Positions 25,736 through 38,914 of a stretch of DNA of 64,000 bases are shown piece by piece. The position numbers and the translations under genes are program-made. The stretch comes from Vicugna vicugna (lineage: Eukaryota), in contig MU058213.1 of assembly GCA_013265495.1 (NCBI GenBank), forward strand, positions 7,456,066 to 7,520,065, read 5' to 3'. Numbering within the stretch: the first letter of the stretch is position 1; every line of letters starts with the position of its first letter. Below the pieces are notes generated by a model. That model saw only the letters and a list, made by a program, of their open reading frames with translations. It was not told where the DNA came from and did no database searches.

Positions 25736-28700
25736 ACGTCACCACTTGCTGTGGCCTCTTGTACAGCGTGATATTCAGCCACTTACTCTAACTGATGGTA
25801 ACAATGGCGGCTGGAATGTTTCCAGGACCGGTCCTGCCCGGGGCTATCTGCCTGTCCTCTCTCCCCGTTCCTGGTATCTCCACTGTACTGGGAGCCAGGG
25901 AGGAATAAACTCAGTCCTAGGAAATCTACTGGGAACTGCACAACTTCCCTACCTCATTTCACCCAGGGCCTCCACCACTGATTAAATGGAAATGCTGGAG
26001 GGTGCGATGGGCTCAGGCCAGGGTTCTGCTGAATCCAGCCTGCGCCTGGCCACCGCGCCCTGTGCCGATGGTGACTTCACCCGCTGGCTCCCAGCTCAAT
26101 GGACCGCTCTCTCTGAAAGGCCATTTTGTGACTTGTCCTGGGAGTACTTCATTCATGCTGGCTGAAGTTCTTTCCTTTTCTGCTCCAGATTAACCCTACT
26201 CAGCCCAAAGCAGCCACCAAGACTCTGAATGAGACAGCGGTCAGTGGGGACCTTGCACAATCCAAGTTTGTTTCCTGGGGAGTTTTCTCTGCTTTCCAGG
26301 ATTCCGACAGAATCCCATCCAACCGCGGAGGCAACGGCTTGGCTGGAGCCAAGGGCCGGCCTCCTGTGGAGGTCCCTCCCCTTACACTCCTGTCCCTCCT
26401 AGGACCTGCACTTCCCTCTGGAAAGGAAGCCAGACATGTCTACCTGCTGCCTCAGAATCCAGTCCTGCCTTTTTGTTTTTAGTAGCTGAGACCAAAGGCC
26501 TGGCCCATTCACTCCTTGGTTTGAGGCAAGAGTCCTTGCGATGGATTTTCCTGAGAGGCAGCCCAGGAAAGGCTTGGTGTGACAAGGAGCTGGCCTGCTT
26601 TCTTTGGCCTGGGTCTGGCCAGTTCTGCCCTCACACAGAGCCAGGCCAGCAGGAATCAGGCCCCAAAGCAGCACCAAGACCTTGAATTAAGACACAGGCA
26701 ACTCCTTCCACTTTCCTGGCCGCCTCAACGCATCTGTCCTGTCGGCCTGTGTCTAAAACCCTTGAGCGATTCCAGCTGCGGAGCTGGGCCTGCGGACACA
26801 GTGACATTTGGTTCCTGTTAGAGCACAACACATCAGTGTGTTCACCTGCTTCATTTTTTCCCTCCTGCACAAGGAGGGGGACAAAGGCCGCCAAAACCTG
26901 AAGCTGCTGATTTGGAGATTTCCCGTTGTGTTTCGGTGACTTCATGCCTTGGCCCTGGCCTCCGCTGGGTCTTCCAAAACCGCTTTATTTCCTGTGTATT
27001 TCCAGCACTCGGCCAAAAAGAATGTACAGTATGAAAAAAATGTCTGCTGCCCTCAATTGCAGAGACCCTCTGGAACAAAATAACCGGAGGGCTTTTAAAT
27101 AAAAGAAATAATTACAACCTGCTGTGTGCCTTAAAGAGTCTATGAAACTCGACCTTTTCCAAAATATCATAGTATTTCCTGTGGCTTCATGGATTTATAA
27201 GTTTGTGTCCAACACAATCTCTGGGCTCCATTTTTTTTTTTTAAATCCAAGAGTCAGATTGGAAAAGCAGAAATACATCCTCTTGGAGGGCAACTTCCCA
27301 AAAGGTGTTAAGCTAAAACCCAGCTGGAGAAACAGAGGCTGCCAGCTGTCAGGGGTGGTGGGCCATGTGCATTTATTTTATTTTATTATTTTTTTAATGA
27401 ATGGAGGTTTGATTTTTCCAGCTTGCCGCCCAGTTGTAGCTTTTCAGGGGCTGAATATGGCAGGTACTCCTCGCAGATGTGAACAGTCCCAGTTTACAAC
27501 TATATGGTGGCTGGAGAGTGGTTTACGAGCCTTGAGATTCATAAATTCTGGTCTTTAGAACTCTCTGTATAAACATGGTTAAAAGTTGGAAACGGAGAGA
27601 GAGAAAACATTCTGACCTTAAACTACCTGTGATCAATGATCCAGGCTGCTGCTAGCTTTTCCCAAGAGAAAACTGAAACCTTTTGAAACAGAAACTCAAG
27701 GACACAGAAGCTTCTACTGACTTTCCGGAGGAGGTAAGGATTCTAGGCCTGGGTTCACCGTGCAGGACTACTGCTCACTAAGTCTGTGTGTTGGAAGGAA
27801 GAGACGAAGCGGAGGTCGGGACAATTAACTGGACACTTAAACCTGCAGTGAATATCTCAAATATATGGTTGTAAAAATATCTCTCCCTTGATAGCTTAAA
27901 ATAAATTCAGATTATTATTTTTAACTTCATGCTGTAGGTTGTCCATTTTGGTAAAACCTGTGGAATTAGGGACTCCATTTCCAGTGAGGAAGAGTCGAGT
28001 TCTGTATCAAATTACTCTGAACAAACTAATGAGCAGAGACTCACGAATCGATTTCAGTTAGTGTCAGCCTCAGGCTAAACTGTGAACTGGTGACCATTTG
28101 TTTTCCGAGTCCTCACCCTCCCCTTGTGTCCCCTCCTTCGCCAACATTAGGGACCCTCCCTTAAACCTTGGCAGAATCCCAAGTTGGGAAAAGTCCCTTG
28201 CTCAAATTCAAAGAAATGTAGAAGTTTTCTTCTCTAAGAAACCAGCAAAGTAATTACCAAGGAGGTGACAACAGCTGAGCGTGGTCCACCTCCCAGAGAA
28301 AAGCCATGTTTCAACCACCAATGGGGAGTCCAGGAAAGAGTCAAGACTCCTTGGAACCAAGGCGAGCTGGTGAGAGAGAGACTCTTAATTGGGAGACGGG
28401 CATGCTCAGCCCTCCTCCTCCACCAGCTTCAGGGCAGTGGTAGGACATTCTGTCTGAGAGGCAGAAGCGTAAGGAGGAACCTGCTTTCCTCTGTGGTGTC
28501 GAGTTCAAGTGAAGAGAAGGAGAGCAAACATAAAGGAACTGTCTGGAAACAGTCGATATCTCTATTTAACCTTCGCCGGCCCGTTAAACAGAGAAACACT
28601 TACAACTATTTTATACACAGGGAAAAATGCTAACCTGCCCCATCACCTTCCGGAAACACGTGATAAACCTCCTGTGTAGTTCAGGCTGCCTGCACCATCC

Positions 28701-29314
28701 CAGGACTTCAGAATCGTGATCAATGCCACATGGACCACAAGAACAAGTGCAGGCTGCCAGGAGAGGCGTTCTCAGACACACAGTGTGTGACGGCTGGAGG
28801 ACTCAGCAAGGCAGAGGAGAGTACGTGAACTGACCACGGGAGTTCTTGGATGAGTTATCTTGGGTTCCCAGGTAAAGCCACAAATCACGTCCTGCTAAGT
28901 AGGTAGCTCCTTTCCTGTTTTTACGCCTTTCCTTTAGGGATCTAATTCTCACAAAAGCAACTCAGGAAGAAAAAAAAAAACGAATGCTTCTTTGTTTCCA
29001 GGACTTGGCCCTTTGTTTTATAATTAATATAGATTCCCACCCCCAATGCATAAATGTTTAAAGCATCATTTATATTGCATCACCCACTTGTTAAAGTTTA
29101 AAATGTTGCAAATAGCCAAGAGTCTGTGCTTTAGTTACAGGCAAACTTGCTCACCCCATGGTCTTAATCTCTGGCAAACAGTGGCATAAAATTGACCACG
29201 AGGTGAAGTCTGCATTTGCTGTACATTCTTTGCCATTATCATAAAAGATATAGAGATCTGGTTTTGAGTCAAAGCCTAGCTGAAATTATTTTAAGAATGT
29301 ACACAGCTGGTCTG

Positions 29315-29318
<4 letters not shown>

Positions 29319-29348
<30 letters not shown>
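29319..29348. repeat. (TG)n microsatellite
   Basis: direct reading. Confidence 0.95.
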
Positions 29349-29350
<2 letters not shown>

Positions 29351-29436
29351 CTGCATGATACACTATATACAGAAATGGATGAAAAAAGTAGTCCTTAACC
29401 CAATATTGGTGCAATTAGTTAATAAAGACTGAAGGA

Positions 29437-29866
29437 ACATGGATGGACCTGGAGACTGTCATCAGAAGTGAAGTAAACCAGAAAAAGAAAGAAAAATATC
29501 ATATATCAGCTGTGTGTGGAATCAAAAAAAAAAAAAAAGAAGAGAGACACACTTGAACTTATTCATGAACAGAAACAGACTCACAGACATAGAAAACCAT
29601 CTTATGGTTACCAGGGGGAAAGAGGGTGGGAAGGGATAAATCGGGAGTTTGAGATTTGCTGATAGGAACTACTGTGTATGAAATCGATAAACAACAAGTT
29701 CCTTCCGTATAGCACAGGGGACTATATTCAATATCTTGTAGTAACCTAGAATGAAAAAGAATATGAAAATGAATATATGTATGTATATGTATGACTGGAG
29801 CATTATGCTGTACACCAGAAATTGATATAACATTGTAAACTGACTATACTTCAATAAAAGAAAAAA
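29437..29866 (+). mobile_element. L1 3' fragment (ORF2 C-terminus plus 3' UTR) with TSD
   Basis: Starts with TWMDLETVIRSEVNQKKKEKYHI (L1 ORF2 C-terminus); TSD aaagactgaagga (29424-29436) / aaagaccaaagga (29867-29879). Confidence 0.92.
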
Positions 29867-29913
29867 AAAGACCAAAGGAGATATAAACAGCACCTTCAGA
29901 CATAGGAATTATT

Positions 29914-30183
29914 ATTTTTTCATTGAATTACAGTTGATTTACAACGTTATATTAGTTTTTATAGCAACTAACACGTAGGTGTACAACACTGTGATTCAGT
30001 TATTTTTTCTGATTATATTCCATTATAGGTTATGACAAGATGTGAATGTAAATCCCAGTGCTATTCAGTAAATCCTTGTTGCTTATCTATTTTATGTAGA
30101 GCAGTTTCTATCTGTTAATCCCATACGTCTAATTTGTCCCTTCCCCTGCCCTCTCCCCTTTGGTAACTGTAAGTTTGTTTTTA
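29914..30183 (-). mobile_element. L1 3' UTR fragment with TSD
   Basis: T tail then cagttgatttacaa...ccctttggtaactgtaagtttg; TSD cagacataggaattatt (29897-29913) / cagacatagggattatt (30184-30200). Confidence 0.9.
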
Positions 30184-30831
30184 CAGACATAGGGATTATT
30201 TTATTAACAAGGGAATGGGTCCAAATATTGAATGAGCCATCTGCTTTCAAAAAGCCAAATGGAAATAGAGTAAGGATGCTCTTCCTCGTGCCATTCTTAC
30301 ACATGCTAAGGCTTCACGTCACTTGGCGCATACATCACCTCAAGGATGGATTGTGCAGGGGCTGTAAATCAAGGCAGACTCTTTGCCACCTTTCATTCCC
30401 ATAACTGGGCTCTCGCCCTGTCCCTTATGACAAAGCTTCTCCTGATTCAGTAACCGAGCCTTGACATGTTCTACCCTGGTTCTCTTTCCAGGCTTCCCGG
30501 GGCCCCAGCCTGCTTCCTTTCCTTTCCTTCTAATCCTCTTGAATTCCAGTCTTAGCATCATCATTGTTAGATCTTCTGACTGTCAGAGGGTTACAGTGCA
30601 GGGAGCCTGGCACTGATTGTGGGAAGCTGGGGTCTGTGTCAGTAACACCTCCCCGTCATGGGGGAAGATGATTCCACACTTGCAGAAAACTCTGAATTCT
30701 GAACTACTTTAAACAGAAGAGGTTCTAGTGTTTTCCTGCAAGGAAACAGAGAAGCTCTATTCAACTATTCTCTGCAAAATTTTCTGGGACATCTCAGTTA
30801 AGGTAGAAGATGTGTCAATATTCTGTATAAG

Positions 30832-30980
30832 AGCTGTTCTTAAACTTTAGTAAACCTATGAATCAGGGAGTTTCTTAACATGCACATTCCTAGGTACCCC
30901 CCCAGATCCGAATTCAGAACTTTTGGGCTTGATCTCCCCGTGATTCTGTCTGTCTTAGATGGAATCTTGAGAAATGGTGC
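30832..30980. mobile_element. MER5-like hAT MITE remnant
   Basis: gttcttaaacttt...gaatca...atgcacattcctagg...gtgattctg...ttgagaaa. Confidence 0.5.
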
Positions 30981-31574
30981 CTTATGTATTCACTGAACAA
31001 CATCCAGGTATGAATTACCCATTTTATTTTCATACAGACCATTATGGTTAGAAAAATATTTGCTGTCTTTAAAAAGTTTAGTATATCTCCTACAATCTCT
31101 TTTGCAGCATTAATTCGTCGAGTAAATCATTTCTATAAAACACAGATGTAAAAGTTAACGTAGCCTAATCCAGACCGGAATGACTGCAAATTGCTCTAAG
31201 AATGGATGAAATGTAAATGAATGAGTTTCTGTAAATGCTTGGTTTTTTTTTTTGTTTGTTTGTTTTTTTTGCTAGCTAATATTCTATGGCAGTGAGGTTA
31301 GGATATACAGTCAGATATTGAACTGTTTGAGCTATTTCAGGAGATTAACTTAAAGGCTAAGCTTTTACAGTAGCTAAGAGAGGGAGACTAGAGCTCATGA
31401 CCATCTAAGTAACCCTTGACTTACTGGGTCAACTGGATATGAACCAGACCACCCAGGCGCATCTTTCAGGGCGTCCTTTAGAAAAGTGAGACAGCATCTC
31501 CTTTACCAGAAGTATGACAGAGAAAAAACACCTGCTCCCTGATTTTAGGCATCTGAAGATAGAAATCTAAATAA

Positions 31575-31770
31575 CACCAATAACAGTAACAGCTAATATT
31601 AAGCCCTTTTTATGTGCAAAGTACTTAATTTTCATTGTTTCATACTGTCTTCACAACATCCCGACAGATATTTAAAGATGAAGAAACTGAGGCTCAGAGA
31701 GGTTAAGAAACCGGTCCAATGTCACACAGCTAGAAAGTAGCACAGCTAGAGTCTGACGCCAAACCCCAAG
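31575..31770 (-). mobile_element. MIR SINE
   Basis: agatgaagaaactgaggctcagagaggttaag...gtcacacagctagaaagt. Confidence 0.85.
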
Positions 31771-32929
31771 ACATCACAGCTGTGCGAAAAAGAACTCAGC
31801 TCTCCGCACTGCTACTGGTCTCCTCCACCAGTTTCCTTTGTTTTAAACATAAACCATGGAGCTAAAGCTTGCAGTTTGAAAAGTTCATGTAGCATAAAGT
31901 GGCACACAGAAAATAATTATCCAGGTATTTATCTTTAGGAAAAAAGAAAAAAAATTCCATTTTTATTTCAGTATCAATATATTTTTTGCCAACATATTTG
32001 GGTCTGATGGCCCCAGAGCTCAGCTTTGTCCGGATCTGGTGGCCGAGGTTCATTTCACGTTCTCTCCAGGTCCAACAGCTGCCTGGGGCAGCTTGATCAT
32101 TAGGCTGTCCGTGTAGAAGATCTTTAGAGGAGAGACATCCGCTGAGATTAGAGGAACCTCAACTTCTTCATCTTTTAACATCTATAGGGCTGTTGTGAAG
32201 ACCCGGATAGTAATCTGTTCCCTTCTGTGACTGGCATGTAGAGAATAACTTTAGGAGTGAATTTTTATTTTTTTACTTAAAAAAAACCTGTAGCCCATTC
32301 AAGCAAGGCAAGGAAGAGGAACATTCAGTGTCCTGGTAGTTGCTTCGGAAACAGGGAATTGGCACTCCGGGTTCCCTGGGCTAACCCCCTGCCGTCCGTG
32401 TTCACAGTCAAAGCCACCAGCCCACAGACAAAGTCACCCAGGGGGTGAAAGGCGCGTGGAAGGATTCAAGACTCTAAATCCCCATCGGATGCCCCTCCAT
32501 TACACCGGGATAAAGGAACTACTTCATTCTGATGTGAGGACTTGGTGGGTGAAGGGTATTTCAAAGCAGGTGGTGAAGCAAGCAGAGAGGAAAGGCAGGA
32601 GGGGAACTGAACACAGAACAAGGCAGAGGATTGCAGAGACCAGGAGAGCAGGGAGAGGCGAACGTGAGAGGCTCCAAGGAAAACGCCTCGTAAGCTCCTT
32701 CAGCTGAAGGTCTCCCCTCCAACGGCGGGCGTCCCTCCCCACAGCCTGTCCACATGCTCACCTGTTCGTCCCCCTCAGCCCCACTAGCATGTCTTGATGA
32801 CTTAATGGCAAACAGGCTTTGCAGTCGTGTGAAGACAAGGGGTGGGACTAAGAAGTGGGGAGAGCAGGAAACGGGTCATCGTTATGATTATCGTTTTCAT
32901 TCAATTAGGTTTTGCTATGAGAACAATAA

Positions 32930-33275
32930 ATAATAATAATGAGAATGACAATCAAGCTGATAAACCAACATTTAGAAAGCCAGGCACTATGCCAAGCATT
33001 TAAAATACACAATCTTACTTAACCCTCTGCTATTCTCATCAGTACTCCTGTTGTCCTGCTTCAGAGATGGGGACACTGGGGCAGGAAGAGGTCAGACCTT
33101 CACCAAGGTCACGGGGTGGGGAGGGCTGGGACCCAAAGCCCAGATGCTGGCTGTAGATTCCAACTCCGGTGCCCGCTGTGTGCCAGGCTTACGTGTCACC
33201 TCCCCAGATCTGCACAGCAACAGGCAGAGCTGGGCGTCGCGACCCCTCTTACAGATGAGGAAACTGAGGCTCAGA
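32930..33275 (-). mobile_element. MIR SINE fragments (two cores)
   Basis: gccaggcactatgccaagcattt...cagagatggggacactgggg...ccaaggtcac; second core ttacagatgaggaaactgaggctcaga. Confidence 0.75.
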
Positions 33276-34669
33276 AAAGGGAGAAAGGCAGAGTGGACGT
33301 TCATAAACAGGACTCCGAGCCACTCTTTGCTGTTCCCAAGGCTATTCTGAGAAACCCATTCTGAGATAAGGCTGGGACCCTCTTTCTCATGTCTAGGACT
33401 CTGTGTCCAGGTAGGAGCTGGGTGAGAGTCTGGGAAGAGGAAGGACCTGACAAGGGGGAGGCTGTAAGCATGGAGCACGTCCCCCGTGGCCCCTCAGCTG
33501 AGCGAGGGGCATCACCAAGGCGTTGGGGAGGGTCACTGGAATCAGATGGAGGTTCTACACTGGGCAGACAGACAGCAGTGGAGCAAACTGGGGCACGACA
33601 AGGAAGAGAGTGAGGCAGACATAAAGAAAGAGTATCAGGAGAAGAGAAACCTCTTTGACAGCATAAACACAACCCAAATTTCAGGCATCAACAAAAACCC
33701 ACTGACGCTCAGACACCTCCGACTGCCTTCCTTTCTTCCCCCGATGGCGCAACTGGAACCTCTGATTTCATCTCTCCTTTTACTTCTGCGTGATGCACGC
33801 TGACACATACAGTATGTAAAACGCAGGGACGTGTGAAAAGAAAGTGTGGCGAGGGTTGTTTTCCATCTCCCAATAATAGCGTTTCAATTTGGTACCTAAA
33901 TAAACAATCTATTTTAGTGGCTCCCCTTTGATACCTCGAATGTTCCCTTCTGTTATTTCTGGCAGTTCCCAATCCTGAGATGTGATTAGAGAGGATGATT
34001 ACACTTACATAACAGCATCAAATTAATTTGCCGCCGAGAACAACAGCGGCAGGAAATCATCGGAGTTCTCAGATCGCATCCCCCCCACCCCCACCCGCCT
34101 CGAGTTTATTTAAGTGACATCAAGGGATTAGAGCGAAGTCGGTCAGTAGAGCACTGTTGGGAAAACAACCAAAACATCGGCTCTGACCTTGTAAACGAAA
34201 GAGGAACAAAGCAAATAATGGAAAGTGTTAGCCCCAGCCCTGGTGCAAGGGCCATCGGATGAATCAGCCTCCCAAACACACAGTTCCGTCTGCAGGAGAA
34301 AGAAACACGCTGTACCTTTCCGTGAAGATTACTTTCTCAGGCTACGTCCTGCCAACCAAGGACTGTCAAAACCAAAGATCTTTGAGATTGTACTTATGGT
34401 TTTTCTTTTTCTTTTGGCCCTTTTCCAAGAAAAAAAATTTTGTTTTTCAATTGACTTGAATATTTCACCCCAGGAGCCCAGATCAAAAACAAAACAAAAC
34501 AAAGAAAGGAGACAAAAAGCAGAGGCTAGCAGTATTGCTTCTGACTTTCTAAAAGATGGGACAGTCACAGTTCCGAACACCATAGCCCATGATCTCGCCA
34601 AAGGCCAGTGGTTTGCAACAGAGGGTGGCGCGGCGTTGCCTTGGAAAGGGGCTCAAGATGTATGCCCGG

Positions 34670-34925
34670 TTGGCAGTTTTCAGATCTGACACTAGCCCTT
34701 GCGCAGTCATTTAAAGTCTCTGAGCCTTGGCTGTCTCACCCAGGAAAGGAGACAGTACCTCCCTCCATCTGTATTACAGACTTGGTGTTCACTCATCCAT
34801 TCACGCCATCCCCCATTCAGTAAATACTTATGGAACACTGCTTCCATCTGAGGAACGATGCTGGCCACCGGGAATACCAGCGGACATTGTCTCAGCCCTA
34901 GGAGCGCACGTCCTAGTGAAGTGTG
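34670..34925. mobile_element. MIR (+) followed by L2 3' end (-)
   Basis: gcagtcatttaaagtctctgagcct; then cattcagtaaatacttatgga...gccctaggagcgcacgtcctagtg. Confidence 0.55.
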
Positions 34926-35039
34926 ATCATAAAAAGACCATTTCTTCTGGTCTTTTCCTGGGCTGGGTTTCTCAGCCGCGGTGCCAAGAGGGCGGTGTGG
35001 GCAGGCACCCACCTCACCACCCACCATCCAGCGTTGTGT

Positions 35040-35195
35040 GTATCCCACATCCAGGAGGTAGCACCATCCTGTTCTACAAATGAGGAAATGGAGCCCTGAT
35101 ACTTGAAGTAACTCTACGTCAAGGCATATTAGCAAGTGACTAGATTAAAATTCAAACCCAGGTTTCCTGAATTTAAAGCTACGCTAGTCCCTTTC
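35040..35195 (-). mobile_element. MIR SINE
   Basis: ctacaaatgaggaaatggag...agcaagtg...attcaaacccagg. Confidence 0.65.
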
Positions 35196-35369
35196 TAATT
35201 TTGGGGAAACTGATAAACTCTAAAGCATTCTGCAGACACAAAGGATTATTTTAAGTGTGTTTACACGAGATGTTCATACACTGTCTGAGACATCACAAAA
35301 GCACAAATTCTTGTTGCCTCATTCCAGCAATTCCAGTACTTGATTCTTTTTAAAGCAAATTCATTCCCA

Positions 35370-35475
35370 TTGTCCCATTTAATCCTTGTGACAGTGCTGA
35401 GATACACACAGAACAGATAGTATCACTCCCATTGCACAGATGAGGAGACCAAGTTCAACGAATTTGCCAAAAGTG
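35370..35475 (-). mobile_element. MIR SINE fragment
   Basis: catttaatcctt...cccattgcacagatgaggagacc. Confidence 0.6.
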
Positions 35476-36749
35476 GACCTAGAACTGTCCTAGAACAGGA
35501 ACACTGGTCAGTGGCTCTTCCCTCACCACCCCCCACACACTATGGCCAACCTCTCTCAGTGGGAACGTACAAGAGGAGGCTGATGTCTCCAGTTTTGACT
35601 TCAGTAGGTTTCTGGATGCTGCCTGTATGTGTCGGTCTTTTGGGTTTCCATAGCATCCCGTGTTTAGGTAGATATCCATATGTGAAATACAGCATGGGCT
35701 ATTTTTATACTTGCCCACTTCAAGTATCATTTGCTGCTTTTCCACCTTATAAAAATGAGTAGCAAGCCCCATCTTTTCTGAACATCACCATCATTCATGG
35801 AGATCTCATCGTGCATTCTCTCACTTGGCGCTTTGGTAAGAGTGCGCCTAATATCAATACATGAGGTTTCCAAAGTTGGTTCTGCTCCAGTGACATCATT
35901 CTAACCTTTTGTTTCTTGTGTGTAAGTGACAAAACATGACAACAAAGAGACTTATGCTAATTCCAAGGTTAGCATGGAAGCCATCGTATCAATTGACCCT
36001 GATTGTTCTCCCCTTTTCTCTTAACTAATTCATAAACTGGCTGTCAGAAAATTTTTTTTGTCCTATTTTACCTTCACCGTTTAGTTCACTGCTAGTTCTT
36101 CCGCCCAAAGTGCTTGCCGCCCAACGTCTGCAACCTTCCCCTATTCTTCAAGGTCACCTCACTACCACGTCCTTGAAGACACATTTCCATAATACCTCTG
36201 CCAACACCGACATCCCCCTGCTCTGAATCTGCGAAGCCCACAGGTTGTCAGCGTTTACCGGGCAGGCACTTAGAGGAGACCCAGTCCTAACAATGAGGAG
36301 ACTGGAGTCAGAGAGGTCAAATGGCTTTCTGGTTGATGCCGAAGCAGGAACGAGTACCCTGCTCCCTGAACCTTGAGGCTCGAACTGCTTGTCTCAGACC
36401 TCTTTGCCTCTCCCTGGATGACCGTGGGGATGTCCAGTGTGTCCACAGCCTGGAATGAATATCTCATTATCCCCATAACCTTGCTGAGCTCCTGGAAGGC
36501 AAAGCTGAGCCTTCTTCACTGCTGAATCCCACAGCATCTTGCACAAACCCAAACACAGAGGAGTTGTTCAAGACATAGTTTGGGATAAATGACTGCCCTT
36601 TATGGATGCTACTTTCTTTACAGAAACTGTGTGCTGCCCAGTCCCCTGTTGGTTCCCTCTTTTGTTGCTCCCTGTTCCTCGAGTCCCTCCTCCACCCAAT
36701 CCTACACCTCCACAGAGGGCTTGGGTATCCACCTTCTCTTCCTAAGTCA

Positions 36750-37804
36750 CAGATCCCAACATGAGGGAAGCCCATAGTTGCACGAAGTTGCTCCAGGAGT
36801 GTTCACATCATGATCGGCGATAATGGCAGGTATTTTATTTTCTACTTAAATAACTGAATAAATACAATGATTACTTAAATACATTTTCCACTGAAGAGAG
36901 AAGAGTTTGGGATGAGGTACGTGTGCTCATGACTTGGTTTTCACTACTGGGTTCTGAGCTGGATACCTGCAGCCACTGTTGCAATCTGACTGTCATGCAA
37001 TTTCAAATGTTTATTTTTTGTTTATTGTTTACTTGATTGATTTGTCTAATTTTTCCCCACGATCAGCCTGTGGGCAAAGGCAAACAGCAGAAGGATTCTG
37101 AAATGAAAATTTACACTGGAGAGTTAACTCTGCAGATCCATTCGGCTATGCATCACCTGACTTCAGAATTACATTTGACTGACCTCTCAGATAACCCACT
37201 GAGGCCTCTCTATCATTTAAAAAGAACAATGTTATTAATGGAAAATTTGGCATTTCCTGTATCCAATTTGGCTTTCAATTATTTATACAGAAGTCCTTAT
37301 GAAGAGTGATCAAAAATCTTTTTAATTTCAGTATTTAGAAATAAAAGAAACAAGTAACAAAAATAAGCCAGAAGATTAAGCAGATTTTTGTCTATTTTTG
37401 TTGATATCTGATGCTATAATACACAGTTAAATTTCAAGCCACAGTTTAATATTTATTTGGTTTTCAAACTAAGGACACTATTAGATGCCATTTTAATGTA
37501 TGTTTTATGAATTGTCATTTCTTACATAATTAAAGTAAATTAAACCATGTGCATCACTTGTTAGATGGAACTCATTCAGAATTTACCATTATAACCCAGG
37601 AATATTAGTAAATACTATATTCAATTAACTTTGTCATAAAATCTTTAATCTATACTGATCTAAAATGACACATAGCTTTTAAAACATTAAATCACTTAAT
37701 TTTGCATTGCATGTGAAATGATCAGATGATTAAAAAATTCTTCAGAAAATGTATATATAACTAAGAAATGAATTCACAAGTTTTAAAATGGCTGGGGAAT
37801 GCTG
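36750..37804 (+). mobile_element. Ancient hAT-Charlie-like DNA transposon remnant
   Basis: AT-rich block; degenerate peptide LTSELHLTDLSDNPL...FPVSNLAFNYL and NKRNK resemble the Charlie transposase C-terminus; ends aaaatggctggggaatgctg like a hAT terminus. Confidence 0.45.
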
Positions 37805-38064
37805 TATCTGGCCCTGATCTCACCAGCTATGCTCCTTCTCTGAGATGAATGTGCTTCTCAGCACCACCTGTCATCCTTTCTTTCTCCCATACAAACTTTC
37901 CCTTTCCCCTTCTCCTTTTCCTCATTCTACAGCCATTATCAAGTCTCCCTGTTCTAAACTGTCAGCCAACCAGTGGTAAGCAGCGTCGGGAAGCCTGCTC
38001 CTTAGGCCTGTCTCCCCTCATGCTGCTAACTTATGCAGACAAACTTCAGGGAGGAATCTTTTTC

Positions 38065-38410
38065 TGTCATGTCCCCTGCCTCGGGGCCTTTGCACTGGCT
38101 GTTTGTGCCACCCGGAGTGCTCTTCACTTAGTCCTTCATGTAGCTGGCTGAGTAGCTAGTTCAGTTCTCAGTTCCTCCAAGATCTGACCAATCTTGCTAA
38201 AGTGCCCATCCAACCCCTCTCCATCGCATCACCCACTTCTGATTCTGAGTATTTATTACTGCCTGACAATTCTCTTATTTATTTTGGAACAATTTCAAAA
38301 GAGAGTGCCTTGCCTGCTCCCTGAGTATGACTCCAGCATGTAAAATAGTGCCCAGTAGGTAGAAAGTGCTTGATATTATTTGCTGAATAAATGAACAGAT
38401 GAGTAAATGA
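38065..38410 (+). mobile_element. L2 3' region
   Basis: gcctcggggcctttgcactggctgtt...aatagtgcccagtaggtagaaagtgcttgatattatttgctgaataaatgaa. Confidence 0.8.
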
Positions 38411-38799
38411 TGATCCATTTCAGCTTCCCTCTGCTTGCTTCTTTTCCCTTCACTCTCTTCTTAAATGCTTGCTTTGTGTAGGAGTCTGCCTTCTAATCTC
38501 TTCTCTGTTTTCACACGTTCCTTGGGTTACCCCAGCCACCCCCAGAATTCCAACACCCAACTATACGGAGATGGCAAATACAGAGCCTGGCACTGCCCAG
38601 GGCAGACATTACTAGTGGATTTCAGCTCTCTTTTCAAAACAGTCTAGTCCTAGTGTGCAGGGTCCTCCAGGCACGCTCTGCCAGCTGATAGGATCTGGCT
38701 CTCCAGATGAAAGCTATTCCTCTGATCTATATGCCAATGATTTTCCAAATGTGTATCAGCAGCCCTGGAGTTTTCTGACCCTCTTTCACGCTGCCTCCT

Positions 38800-38882
38800 A
38801 GACACCTTCATTTGTTCACCACCATCACCTAGCACCACGCCTGGGGTATGGCGAGTGCTCAATAAATGCTTTGTGCAATGAT
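38800..38882 (+). mobile_element. L2 3' end
   Basis: cctagcaccacgcctgg...gtgctcaataaatgcttt. Confidence 0.7.
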
Positions 38883-38914
38883 AAGCACGCATTCAGTGGC
38901 ACCAGCCGCTCACA

